From Octopus bimaculoides (Eukaryota): DNA of 43,525 bases. Positions 22,320 through 34,739 of this stretch are shown in pieces (within the stretch, counting starts at the first letter, position 1; the number at the start of each line of letters is the position of its first letter). The stretch spans positions 16,876,426-16,919,950 of the forward strand of contig NC_068983.1 of assembly GCF_001194135.2 (NCBI RefSeq), written 5' to 3'. The notes below the pieces were generated by a model. The model was not told the origin of the DNA, did no database searches, and saw only the letters and a list, made by a program, of their open reading frames with translations. The translations under genes and the position numbers were made by a program.

Positions 22320-22560
22320 ATCATCAGCTCTTGTCAAACTGTTTTCCACACTGACACGGGTTGAACAGTTTGACAAGAGCTGGTAAGCTGGAGAGCTGCA
22401 CCAGGTTCCAGTCTGATTCGACTTGGTTTCTATGGCTGGATGCCCTTCCTGATACCAACAACTTTACAATGTGTGCTGGGTACTTTTAACGTAGCACCAA
22501 CATGAGTGCTCTTATGTGGCACTGGCATGAGTGCTTTTTACGTGGCATTGGCACAGGACT
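22320..22560 (-). mobile_element. Retroposon copy, (gat)n family, degenerate
   Basis: Reverse complement of aggaagggcatccagc...gattggagcctggtgcag block. Confidence 0.7.
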
Positions 22561-22714
22561 ATTGTAGGCTATCCTCTTCACCAGAAGATGTGGCCTTAAC
22601 ACTTCTGCTGTAGAGGACGGGTCTTCATATGGGTGTTAGACTTAATTTGTTGCTCAACTTAACATCATATCTGGGCACTTAGGTGCCATTAGAGGTTTCT
22701 TTTTGACTTAAGCT

Positions 22715-23120
22715 CAAGAGCAGCAATTTTGAGGGGAAGAAGTTAGTCGTTATCATCGATTCCAATATTTGACAGTGTTCTTTATTCTATTGGCACTGAA
22801 ATGATGAAAGGCAAATTTGATCTCAGTGGGATTTGAACTCAGAATGTAAAGAGCTGAAACAAATACCGCAAAGTATTTTCCGACATTGAAACGATTCTGC
22901 CAGCTCACTGCCCTTAATGGTTTCTGATTTAGGCACAAGGCCAGTAATTTTGAGGGGGAAGGGTTAATCGATACCATTGACACTAATGCATTACTGGTAT
23001 TTATTTTATCAATTCCGAAAGGATGAAAGGTAAAACTGATTTTGGTGAGGTTTGAAATCAGAATGTAAAGAACCAGAAGTAATAATGTATAACATTTTTC
23101 ACACCAATGTTCTAACGAAT
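22715..23120 (-). mobile_element. Two tandem SINE copies (ggcgagctggcagaa family)
   Basis: Two gatgaaagg.aaa..tga...gatttgaa.tcagaatgtaaag blocks at about 22800 and 23020. Confidence 0.75.
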
Positions 23121-23121
23121 A

Positions 23122-23272
23122 GGCACGGGCATGGCTGAGTAGCAAGAAGTTAGCTTCCCAACCAGGTGGTTCCAGGTTTAGTCCCATTGCTTGGTACTTT
23201 GGGAAAGTGTCTTCAACTATAGCCTCGGGCTGGCCAAAGCCTTGTGTTAGATGGAAACTGAAAGAAGCCCGT

Positions 23273-23321
<49 letters not shown>

Positions 23322-23520
23322 GTATATGGGTGGGTGTGTGTGTGTGTGTGTGTGTGCATGTGTTTTTGTGTCTTTGTTTATCCCCCACCACTGCTCGACA
23401 ACTGATGATTGTTTGTTTATATCCTCATAACTTAGCGGTTCGGCAAAAGAGAAGATTTGTCCGACTAAAAAAATGGTGGTGCCCCAGCATGGCCGCAGTT
23501 CAATGACTGAAGCAAGTAAA
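23122..23520 (+). mobile_element. SINE (ggctgtgtggtaagaag family) with internal (AT)/(GT) microsatellite and tail
   Basis: Head homology to 1893-2270; ends aagcaagtaaaagataaaa. Confidence 0.7.
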
Positions 23521-23596
23521 AGATAAAAAAATTCTACCAGTTCTCCACTGTCTTAGGTACTTTTAATGAAGTTCACTTTGTTCCCAGTATTCTCAC

Positions 23597-23630
23597 CAGG
23601 TTGTCCAGTGTGAGGATAATTTCCACTCAT
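23597..23630 (-). CDS. Candidate first coding segment of an unidentified gene (MSGNYPHTGQP)
   Basis: Within putative exon 23685-23597: polypyrimidine tract plus caatag acceptor, agcATG, CTG|gtgaga donor. No homology recognised. Confidence 0.3.
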
Positions 23631-23959
23631 GCTTCAGCCAACCTTGGAGGCTCTGAAAAATATCTTAGGAGCTACTCTTCCTTCTCTATTGAAAGAAAAG
23701 AAGAACAAACAGTTATATGATGATATTTCGTATTTTGTACACTTAATATGACAGACAAAATGGAACATACTACACTAATTGAAAGTTAAAAGGCAAACAA
23801 ATAATCGTTTATAATAGGGTAAAATCCTCAACAATCGATAATAAAGTTACAGGTACAGCATTGATCTCACAGAACTTTTGGTTCCATAACTTTTTTGGAT
23901 TACTGATTTTTCCAAACCAGGAGTGGAGATCACCTAAAACAACACACTCTAAATTTTTA

Positions 23960-24178
23960 AAAAATGGTTTCAAATTTTGGCACAAGACCAGCAATTTTAG
24001 GGAAGAGGTAAGTCGATTATATTGACCCCATTGTTCAACTAGTACTTTTTTTATCGACCCCGAAAGGATGAAGGGCAAAGTCGACAGCAGTGGAATTTGA
24101 ACTTAGAACATAAAGATGGATGAAATATTGCTAAGCATTTTGCCTGGAGTGCTAACAATTCTGTCAGCTAACCGCCTT
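23960..24178 (-). mobile_element. SINE (ggcgagctggcagaa family)
   Basis: atcgaccccgaaaggatgaagggcaaagtcgac core; ends ccgcctt. Confidence 0.85.
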
Positions 24179-24269
24179 TAAATGAAGTAAATCTTAAATC
24201 TAATTAATTAATTACATGGAATACAGGTACATGAACATTAGTAATGAACGATACAAGTTTTTGTGCAGG

Positions 24270-24541
24270 TAGCACATAAAATGTGCAGGTAGCACGTAAA
24301 ATAAACCATTTCGAGCATGGCCGTTGCCAGTACCGCCTGACTGGCCTTCATGCGGGTGACACGTAAAAGCACCCACTACACTCTCGGAGTGGTTGGTGTT
24401 AGGAAGGGCATCTAGCTGTAGAAACTCTGCCAAATCAGATTGGAGCCTGGTGTAGCCACCTGGTTCACCAGTCCTCAGTCAAATCGTCCAACCCATGCTA
24501 GCATGGAAAGCGGACGTTAAATGATGATAATGATGATGATG
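24270..24541 (+). mobile_element. Retroposon copy with (gat)n tail
   Basis: Near-identical to 14468-14760. Confidence 0.85.
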
Positions 24542-24664
24542 AAGTTTCTTATTACTGTACTGTACTTATTACTGTACTTATTACTGTGCAGGCTACCAGT
24601 TAACTAGACTGGTGACTTGCGGGAATTTGAAGTTCCTGCTTGTAAATGAAAGTGGATTACAAGA

Positions 24665-24850
24665 GGTTCCGGACCATCATTGTCCGGAAAGTTGGCGTTG
24701 TACTCATACGAATTGTAAAATGCATTTGGTTTATTTTACTTTAATGTTTTGGAGAGGGGTGGAATTATCAAACTGAATGTTTGCAAAGAAGAAAAGTCGA
24801 GTCAAACAACGAAATCAACTTTGGAATAAAACGCGCATGCGCGCACATAA
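24665..24850. promoter_or_regulatory. Candidate housekeeping-type promoter (NRF1-like and ETS-like motifs)
   Basis: CGCGCATGCGCG at about 24833-24844; CCGGAA at about 24684-24689; local CpG enrichment outside recognised repeats. Confidence 0.35.
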
Positions 24851-25299
24851 TGTGCAAACATATTATATGTCCATAATATTATATGTACCAACTTCGAAAG
24901 ATCGCCACTAGAGCACTTATTACTAAATCACTATTTATAAGAACCTCGTCAGCAGACAGTTTTACATTTAGGTAGACTTTTGGAATTACTGCCCCTGAAA
25001 ATCACATATCTCATGGGGAAAAAAGGCTAGTTTTCTATCTTTCTTTCTCTCTTTCTTTTTTCAAATTCCTGCGCTTCCTACAACAAAGATTGCAATTCTG
25101 AAAATTTTGTTTTTAAATTTCAAATTTTCACAACCACTTTTGATATCTGTATTTTCAGTGCACTGTCAGAGATCAATAAAAGAAGGGTCTGTCAAATCCA
25201 GATTTCATTTCAAATTGTGTGATTAAACTCCTTCCATTGTGGAAATTAAATTTGTGGAAATTAAATTCCATTTGTGGCCATGTGATTTAATAAAAACCA

Positions 25300-25680
25300 G
25301 CAAGTATTTGTTCTCTTTACATTTTTTGAGTTCAAACCCTGCCAAAATCAATTTTGCAATTCATCCCTCCAGCATCAATGAAATAAAGTACCAGTTTGCT
25401 ACAGGGGCCTAACCCTAACCCTAATCAACTACCCCTCCCCCCATCCTCAGGATTGCTGGCCTTATCTTGAAATTAGAAACGGTTACAGGTGCATTGCATT
25501 GATCTGAGTGTTGGATAAAATACTTTGCCCTATTATTTTCTTCTGAGTTTCTCTGTCCTGAGTTCAAATCCTGCCTTTCATGCCTGTGCACTCGATAAAG
25601 CACTGGGATCAATAGCATTGACTAACCCCACCGTTTCCCTCAAAATTGCTGGCCTTGTGTCTCAATTAGAGACCTTTGGG
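25300..25680 (+). mobile_element. Two degenerate SINE copies (ggcgagctggcagaa family)
   Basis: gagttcaaa..ctgcc, aaataaagtaccagtt and ttgctggcctt blocks occur twice. Confidence 0.65.
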
Positions 25681-25832
25681 GGTGGTGGTGTGAATGGAGA
25701 GCAAGAATTTTTTGATATGCAAGATCCAAGTTTTGGTTTCAAATTCCAGTTGGTATTGCTTCAATTAAGACCTTTTGGCAGGTGTAAGGAGCACAACTTA
25801 TTTCTTTTCTCTTGGCTATTTTGTATATTTGC

Positions 25833-25863
<31 letters not shown>

Positions 25864-25983
25864 GTTTCATATGGTCACATGACCACAAGATTTGGTGGGA
25901 TGGAGGAAACGGTGTGGTTAGTGTAATGAAGCTGATATTTTAATTGACCCCAGGATGATGGAAGTAAAGTTGACTTCACTGCA

Positions 25984-26061
25984 GTCTGAACTCACTACGC
26001 ATTGTCGTATATAATGTGAGTTGTCTGAACTCACTATGCATTGTCGTATATAATGTGAGTT
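25984..26061. repeat. 39-bp tandem duplication (1 mismatch)
   Basis: gtctgaactcacta(c/t)gcattgtcgtatataatgtgagtt twice. Confidence 0.95.
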
Positions 26062-26229
26062 GAACACATCTTTTGTATTTTGAACATTGTGGGTAAGTGA
26101 AATTCATGTAATCACATTAGAAGATCTACTACTCCCTAAATATCTCTTATAATGCATTGACATGGAATTGCAAATGGAGAAAAACCTGGAATCCGACGAA
26201 ACTGATATTGGTTCGCGTCAGTAACACTG

Positions 26230-26560
26230 AGTGTACAGGATAGTTGATAGAAGAGTTCAATAAGTTCAATTGCTGTGGGGATGGAAGGGCCTAACATGTC
26301 TGGCTCCTGTTTCTCCTCCGATAGTGAAACACAGAGAAAAAGTAGTGTTGTTTTTTTTTTTTTTGGTTGCAGTCAAGTAAAATGATGATGGAATTGATGT
26401 GGAAAGTGAAACTGGAAGCTGAGGAGGTCAGCGAGGAGAACTCAGCAGGGGAGCTTAGAACAGGAGTAATGGGAAAGCCAATTGCCTGAAGTCAGGCTGA
26501 GGGGAAAAGATGGGTTTCAAATAAGGAGGGAAACTCTACCCCACCCCGGTAAATAGAGGG
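26230..26560 (-). mobile_element. Possible decayed Penelope-like RT fragment
   Basis: Broken frames give RQLAFP..PVLSSPAEFSSLTS, resembling the region preceding the PLE RT core; weak. Confidence 0.3.
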
Positions 26561-27212
26561 AGGAAGAGACAAAGAGGAACCTCACCTAGAAAGCTATTTG
26601 AAATTATTTAACGCTGTATAAAACCGAAGGATATATCTATAGATTTTTAGCTAACACTATGTATAAACATGCCCGAATATATAGTATCTTTGTATAGCAT
26701 TGAAAGAACAACATGGTTAACGCACGAGAAATTTATTTAAATTATTTAAGTGAAAGGCATTAATGTCAAATTCTTAATTTATAGAAGAGATAATGGGGAG
26801 AGTGAGAGAGTGGGGTCAGAGAGAAGCATTATGAGAGAGGGTCAGATGTCTGGGTTAGCGAGGCAGTGAAAGAGAAGGAAGTTGGAGAAAAGGGAAGGTA
26901 GAAAGAAGCAATGCCTTTAAGCAAGGCAAAAGAAGTGGAGTTCAATGGGAAGGGGAGGTGATGGGGGTGTAAATAAAAGCTGCAAGGGACAAAGAGTAAC
27001 TGCACCGAGAAAGGTTATTTGCGTATAAACGCACCCAAGAATATTCTTTATTTAGAATGGTCAATTTTATTTGGACTACAGTAGTAACTCTCATATACAG
27101 ATCCGCGTGTGTCTGATATATTATATATTTTTATATATCGCCTTTAGTAATGCCGCAAGCGTGCTGGCTTGCTTTTTAGTTAGTTCCATTGGGTTTTTTT
27201 CCTTTCTATTAT

Positions 27213-27251
<39 letters not shown>

Positions 27252-27436
27252 CAGGGTAGGCCAAATGTCACCTGGCAGCAAATCTAAACCATTTAATTTC
27301 AAGATTTATTTATGTTTAAGAACTGAATGAATTTAATAAAAGCATCTGAATATGAAACATCATGAAAATTGTTCAAACTGAAGTCCTTGAGCGATGGAAT
27401 TTTGATTTACTGTCGTGTGACTTTTGGCCAACACTG
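27252..27436. mobile_element. Tc1/mariner-type MITE
   Basis: TA|CAGGGTAGGCCAAATGTCAC ... GTGACTTTTGGCCAACACTG (17/20 TIR match); right flank CA rather than TA. Confidence 0.7.
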
Positions 27437-27437
27437 C

Positions 27438-27470
<33 letters not shown>

Positions 27471-28921
27471 CGCATACATACATATATATGCGTGTGTGAT
27501 ATCTATTATATTATATGGAGAGAGATACGCAATTCGCACACATCTATACTATAATGATATATTAAAGAAAACGACAAAAAATTTTTGAATATAAAGGAAG
27601 ATGACATTGAATGTGCGCTTGTGTAGAGGAGGGACATTGGAAAGAAGAATCACAGAAAGTTGAGACATATTCATACTTTGCGGTGGAGCAGAAGTTCCCA
27701 TGCTGTGCAGATACAGCTTGTTAAAATGGTCTATTTCAGCTGGATTTTCTCTAAGCTACTCGTTACACCCCTTATGTGCCAACATAAGGAGTGTAAAGAT
27801 ACAAACCACATAACATTCACTTTAAAATATAACGGTTTTTCCCAACCGGTTTACCTGACGAACTCACTACAGATGTGACTTTATCAGAACAACTTCCATA
27901 TGGGGAAACAATACAACGATCTAATAATATATTGTGTTGCATCCACGAGCCCATAGCCTAAATTTCCGAACCGATAAGAATAATAAGAATGAAACAGTAG
28001 TATGCGAAGAGGCTTTTGACGTGGGAAGATAGTAAATACAAATAATTTCTCAAAGTTGAATTATTTTGTTGTGAAGAAGAGGAAGGGAGATTTCAGAGAG
28101 AAATCCTCTTCAACATTGTTCTACTCGAAATCTTAGACTTTTTTCATCTTCAATACAACAAAATAATTCCAGTTAACGAACTTTTCTTTCGAAGCTGTTT
28201 CTCCACTTATATTGAACGAGCAGTTCGCCGTAAGAAGGGTATCCAGTTATAAAAGAAACTGCACCAATATAAGCTGCTCCAGCCTTGTTACCAAGGAAAC
28301 ATACAAGCAACGTCACTATTTTATTCACTATACATACCTACTGCTAACCTTCATAAGAAAATTTCTATTTTCTACATAAAATCTAGGCCTTTGATCTATT
28401 GAAGTATCGTTTGGCGTGTGCGATAGGGAGTTGTAGAATGAGTGTATATAAGAGAGACAGAAGTAGAGAGGAGTTGGTATATACAGCAGAGAGAAAGAGG
28501 GAGTGTATATAGCAAAAATAGAGGGAGTATGTATGTGAGAGAGGGGAAAAGTGAGTGCGCATGTGTATATGAGGGAAACTAATAATATATACAATTAAAC
28601 CTTGGGAGAGGCATTATGCCGGTAATAAACACACGCACTGGTTCAGTCCTTTATTAATTTATATAGTTTTAATTGTATTTCCTTCAACACACGTATCCAC
28701 ATCAAGAATCTTGCACACGAAATATAATAATATATAGCTATATATATATATATATATTACAAATTAAAAGGGTAAAGGATTATCAATTTATTAATAAATC
28801 AACAATTAATAATTTTTACCAAGCCCTTTGGTATGTAAGCACCATTATCGGTGGAGAACTTATTTAAAAGTTCAAATATATTTATAAACATAATTAAGGG
28901 ATCAGCAAATATTTGCTTCAC

Positions 28922-29727
28922 NNNNNNNNNNNNNNNNNNNNNNNNNNNNNNNNNNNNNNNNNNNNNNNNNNNNNNNNNNNNNNNNNNNNNNNNNNNNNNN
29001 NNNNNNNNNNNNNNNNNNNNNNNNNNNNNNNNNNNNNNNNNNNNNNNNNNNNNNNNNNNNNNNNNNNNNNNNNNNNNNNNNNNNNNNNNNNNNNNNNNNN
29101 NNNNNNNNNNNNNNNNNNNNNNNNNNNNNNNNNNNNNNNNNNNNNNNNNNNNNNNNNNNNNNNNNNNNNNNNNNNNNNNNNNNNNNNNNNNNNNNNNNNN
29201 NNNNNNNNNNNNNNNNNNNNNNNNNNNNNNNNNNNNNNNNNNNNNNNNNNNNNNNNNNNNNNNNNNNNNNNNNNNNNNNNNNNNNNNNNNNNNNNNNNNN
29301 NNNNNNNNNNNNNNNNNNNNNNNNNNNNNNNNNNNNNNNNNNNNNNNNNNNNNNNNNNNNNNNNNNNNNNNNNNNNNNNNNNNNNNNNNNNNNNNNNNNN
29401 NNNNNNNNNNNNNNNNNNNNNNNNNNNNNNNNNNNNNNNNNNNNNNNNNNNNNNNNNNNNNNNNNNNNNNNNNNNNNNNNNNNNNNNNNNNNNNNNNNNN
29501 NNNNNNNNNNNNNNNNNNNNNNNNNNNNNNNNNNNNNNNNNNNNNNNNNNNNNNNNNNNNNNNNNNNNNNNNNNNNNNNNNNNNNNNNNNNNNNNNNNNN
29601 NNNNNNNNNNNNNNNNNNNNNNNNNNNNNNNNNNNNNNNNNNNNNNNNNNNNNNNNNNNNNNNNNNNNNNNNNNNNNNNNNNNNNNNNNNNNNNNNNNNN
29701 NNNNNNNNNNNNNNNNNNNNNNNNNNN
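28922..29727. other. Assembly gap
   Basis: N run. Confidence 1.
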
Positions 29728-30034
29728 TATATATATATATATATATATATTGGGAGAGCGAGGGAAGAAAACTGTGTGAGAAAGAGAGAGAGAGAGAAGG
29801 AAGGAAGGAAAGGATCGGGGTATGTTTATGTGTCTATGAAGTTGCAAGGTAAATACAGACTGAAAACGTCTACTAAACACGACATACACGCACGCGTATG
29901 TGTGTATATAATCCTTACACCCACATCATTGTTTTTTTTACGAGGACTATAAACAAGAAGCTATGATATTACTACTGAATTCTAACATCTTTAGTAACAC
30001 CAGTCAGTGAATTGTAAATACGCATCAACTTTTA

Positions 30035-30098
30035 GGTACTACTAAAGCAGCGCGGACCTGAACGCGCAGTCGCGCGTCCGCGCTGCTTTAGTAGTACC
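30035..30098. mobile_element. 64-bp micro-MITE of the same family
   Basis: Perfect 23-bp TIRs GGTACTACTAAAGCAGCGCGGAC, 18-bp spacer, exact 9-bp TSD CAACTTTTA at 30026-30034 and 30099-30107. Confidence 0.92.
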
Positions 30099-30324
30099 CA
30101 ACTTTTAAATGTAACCTAGATATGTAAAATGAGGGCAGTGAAAGGTCACGATGCCATAAACAGAAATGATACCACAATAAGTTGTAAAACGATACTGCAT
30201 TCACCAACATCAGAACGGATTTCACAAACTAGGACGGTTTGCTGGAATAACGTTACTTCACGTAACAGGTGGAGATCGGGCTTATAACGAAGAGAGAGAG
30301 GAGCCTTTATGCATGGTTTGGTTG

Positions 30325-32522
30325 CTTGACTTGTCAGAAACAGCAATCAAATTCCCCTCAAATTATATCCTTACCGTCTTACGAGAAAAATGTAGAGACA
30401 TTGGATATTATAATCCTAGATATACAATGTCCGAAAGAATAACGGGAGGGTCTTAACTGGAAAGCCAGTGATCAGGTTTGTTCAAATTGTCCAGGGTTAG
30501 CCTGAAGCTGAAATAATGATGGGTAGAGAGAGATTCGAAGATGCGATTCAATAAGATTTTTTTTAATGTATTTATTTCATGAACGAATAAAAGAAATGGA
30601 TTTACAAGATAACTTGGTAGACTCATTCGAAGTCGAGTTTATGTTGTTTTCTGAATATTGCTTTCCTGCTAGAGAAATAGATTTTACAGGGGTGTTTTTT
30701 TCTCCGCCAGGGTAATTTAAAGTGTTATATACTTCGAAGCAAATTAATTTCACAGGATGGCAGGAAAACGTGTGTGTATTAGAGATCGTGAAAAAGCATG
30801 ACAGTAATGCTATATTTTCAACTCAACGGGTAAAGAGCAAACGAGGGAACTTTTACACGATGGCTCGACTAACTAGATAAAATAGCCAAATCTCACTTAA
30901 ATACGCTCTATCATCTTAGAAAAATAAGAGCACATTAGCTAATGTGGTCGTAGATACCCCTAAACCGACTAGAATGCTTTTGATGATAGGGCTGCTCGAC
31001 CACGGTGAATCTGGGGCTAAACAACTATTTCATTAATCAACGAGAGAACCTGAATATGGTCGCTCGATCTGCTAGGAGCAGTAACCAAATCTCCATAAAC
31101 CCACATCGGATCTTTTCCTTTTCCTGGGCAACTCGATTAATTAATTTTTTTTAAACTAAACATTTTGAAACTTGACAAATTAGGCCTAGATATACTTCTC
31201 TAATAAAACAGAATGAACACGACTTGAATATTTTTTTTTTATCATAGGTTCGTTTAATCAGGGCAGTTTTAGCGTTAAATAACAGGATAAAGTTATTTTA
31301 GCAAGGAGATAGTCAACTTTAGAACTGTTTTCTATAAGACATTAAGATTTTCTGGTTTCGTATCAATGAACCAAATAGCATCGTAATATACCTCAAATCC
31401 CACTGTATGGTCGCAAAGAAGATGCACTAGATAATGTAGGTCATGCTACACCGGGCCTTTAAAAAGAAAAGAGATGGAACAGTCTATGGTATTGATCACA
31501 GGCCTCCTCAGTGAAAGCCGGCTTGAGGCTTAACAGCCTTTCTATGATAGTTAATATAATAATAAGAGAATAGAAAGAAAAAACTCCACAACGAAATATA
31601 TACGCTTGATTTGAATGATAAAAGATGAATTAAAATTTAATTAAAATCAAATAAATTTCATTTGGCATTAGCTGAATGCGAAGGGAGACCCTTTATATGC
31701 TGCTTGGCAGGTTAGTAATAGCAGCTAAATCTTCAAATCATTCACTACCGACTTTTAAAAAAAGTGGGTGGAGACACTGAACAATGTCGTAGATATACAA
31801 AGAGACAGGATGATCACAGAAGGTAGGCTTCTGCTCATAGGTCTTGCTCAGTGAGGGGATGACCTGCAATTAAACGTGAATCAACGCTATCGCCTGCCTT
31901 GCTAGAAATAACAGCCAACTCTATTATCTCAAATCATATCACTGTTTCTTAAAGAAAAAGAATAAAATAGATTTTGGTTAATGCAGTATTGGTGGGGGTT
32001 GGAAAGTCTGATCACGGATCTGCTGAATTGCGCGCCAGTTTGGGACTAAACAGCAAACGTCAAATGAAAAATGTGGTCAAGAGAATTCCCTCTCACGTAA
32101 TCACGTGACATATCTACTTCCTGTTGAGCGACAGAAAAATGTCTCAAATAATATCATTAAAATTTGTAAAATTTCATCTAATTAATCGTATTTGAAATGG
32201 ATTTCTAGCAATTATTACATTAGTTACTTGACATTTTCACTAGGTTCTATATTAGTTATTCAAAATATTTTTTTATATATGAGTTTCTTAAACTATTTAT
32301 GAAATGGATTTAAAGTATTTGCTTACCTTCATTAAATTTAAAGTGGATTTTAATGAGTTTTCTATAAAATGAGTTTTCTTTTCTTTTAAATGCATTTCCA
32401 TTTTTAAAGTCTGAAATATTTGAAAATTTAAAAACAGATTCTGTTAGAATTGTTTTACGAAATATTTCTTCGTGGTCCTCTACATACACACTCACACACA
32501 TATATATATACATAAATGCATA

Positions 32523-32564
<42 letters not shown>

Positions 32565-33860
32565 NNNNNNNNNNNNNNNNNNNNNNNNNNNNNNNNNNNN
32601 NNNNNNNNNNNNNNNNNNNNNNNNNNNNNNNNNNNNNNNNNNNNNNNNNNNNNNNNNNNNNNNNNNNNNNNNNNNNNNNNNNNNNNNNNNNNNNNNNNNN
32701 NNNNNNNNNNNNNNNNNNNNNNNNNNNNNNNNNNNNNNNNNNNNNNNNNNNNNNNNNNNNNNNNNNNNNNNNNNNNNNNNNNNNNNNNNNNNNNNNNNNN
32801 NNNNNNNNNNNNNNNNNNNNNNNNNNNNNNNNNNNNNNNNNNNNNNNNNNNNNNNNNNNNNNNNNNNNNNNNNNNNNNNNNNNNNNNNNNNNNNNNNNNN
32901 NNNNNNNNNNNNNNNNNNNNNNNNNNNNNNNNNNNNNNNNNNNNNNNNNNNNNNNNNNNNNNNNNNNNNNNNNNNNNNNNNNNNNNNNNNNNNNNNNNNN
33001 NNNNNNNNNNNNNNNNNNNNNNNNNNNNNNNNNNNNNNNNNNNNNNNNNNNNNNNNNNNNNNNNNNNNNNNNNNNNNNNNNNNNNNNNNNNNNNNNNNNN
33101 NNNNNNNNNNNNNNNNNNNNNNNNNNNNNNNNNNNNNNNNNNNNNNNNNNNNNNNNNNNNNNNNNNNNNNNNNNNNNNNNNNNNNNNNNNNNNNNNNNNN
33201 NNNNNNNNNNNNNNNNNNNNNNNNNNNNNNNNNNNNNNNNNNNNNNNNNNNNNNNNNNNNNNNNNNNNNNNNNNNNNNNNNNNNNNNNNNNNNNNNNNNN
33301 NNNNNNNNNNNNNNNNNNNNNNNNNNNNNNNNNNNNNNNNNNNNNNNNNNNNNNNNNNNNNNNNNNNNNNNNNNNNNNNNNNNNNNNNNNNNNNNNNNNN
33401 NNNNNNNNNNNNNNNNNNNNNNNNNNNNNNNNNNNNNNNNNNNNNNNNNNNNNNNNNNNNNNNNNNNNAAGCAAGCAGGGGAATGGAACTCTAGTCACTG
33501 GAAAGCTAAAAACAGCAGATAAATCTCCTTCGAATGATACCTTATAGTCTTAGTAGAAATAGGTCACAAGTTAAAGCAAGGGACATTTCCACCTGTTAGA
33601 AATAACAGCCGGATTACCCTCAAATCACTAATTATTGTCTTAAAGTGAAGATAGATTGCAGTTGTTGATACCACCACCACCACCACCACCACCACTACCA
33701 CTACCACTACTACTACTACTACTACTACTAACGTCGGACTCTCATTGCGGTCATTTGATCTGCTAGGATTAACAGCTAAACCTCTCAAATAATTCTGCTG
33801 CCTGAATAAAAAAAATAAGAAGATATATTGGATAATGTAATCCTACATACATCCAACTCA
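30325..33860 (+). repeat. Cluster of about 9 degenerate, same-orientation copies of an old interspersed repeat (tgctagaaatagcagccaaatctccctcaaatcac core)
   Basis: Core recognisable near 30330, 30860, 31065, 31360, 31710, 31900, 33495, 33590 and 33760; one inverted copy at about 37960-38075. Confidence 0.6.
32565..33468. other. Assembly gap
   Basis: N run. Confidence 1.
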
Positions 33861-34032
33861 GTACATAAATAAATATTAAAATATACGCCACCTTGGGATT
33901 TCTTCTCTGGGTAGAGAAAAACATGGAATAAGACTGAGCTGGCTACTTTCCAGTTCTATGAAATACTCAAATCTGTCCATAGAATGAATAGTAGGTAATA
34001 CATACACACGCACACAAACAAACACGTACAGA

Positions 34033-34181
34033 CAGGACCGGCCATATGGTTGCTGAACTTCGGCGCCCTTACAAGTATAATTTTTAAAAACTTACACACG
34101 AGAAAAACTGAAAATATAGACTAAAAAACACATGGCGCCCCGGGCGACTGCCCGAGTTGCCGGTACCTTGAGCCGGTCCTG
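34033..34181. mobile_element. hAT-type MITE
   Basis: 10-bp TIR CAGGACCGGC/GCCGGTCCTG; exact 8-bp TSD CGTACAGA at 34025-34032 and 34182-34189. Confidence 0.9.
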
Positions 34182-34377
34182 CGTACAGAGCAGTATTGGA
34201 TTGCAGTTACAAGGCAAGCTAAACGATCCCTGATGAGTTTTAAGAAAAACAAAACTATTTGGATAACTTAGCTCCCCTCGTTTATACGCAGCTTATATTT
34301 TTACAAAGACGAAATATATGGTTATTAAACATATTGCATATTATTTCTGTACACATATTTTTCATAGTCACATTATT

Positions 34378-34739
34378 CGGATCTTGTTCAAAACGGGGGC
34401 ACCAGTATTTTCTTAACGAAACACTTTGAAACTTGGGACACTGGTAGAATGTGTCATATAAAATATCTTTTTCTCTTAGTCTTCTTAACAAAAAAACGTA
34501 CATCGTAAGTTATTTCATGTTAAAGTTGTCGTATTTCTGTAATTTCAACCAATGACTGACGTCCATTCAGCCGTAAAAATTAAGTGCTGACTACGTAAAC
34601 AAACGATTCTCAAACGATTCTGGCGGTGATAAAATTATTATTTCCTTGTCAAAAAATGGCTGAAGCATATTGGCAGTAGCTAATAAACCTTTCTATTATA
34701 GGCACAAGGCCTGGTTTTTGAGGGAAGGAGCAAGTCAAT
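34378..34739 (+). mobile_element. Second copy of the 10465-11100 DNA transposon, truncated by a gap
   Basis: About 350 bp align to 10466-10814 with roughly ten substitutions and a short duplication. Confidence 0.9.

Noticed and set aside
27640-28030. Patchy protein-like frames on the plus strand (FPTGLPDELTTDVTLSEQLPYGET)
   Set aside because: No splice sites or continuous frame; unidentifiable by eye.
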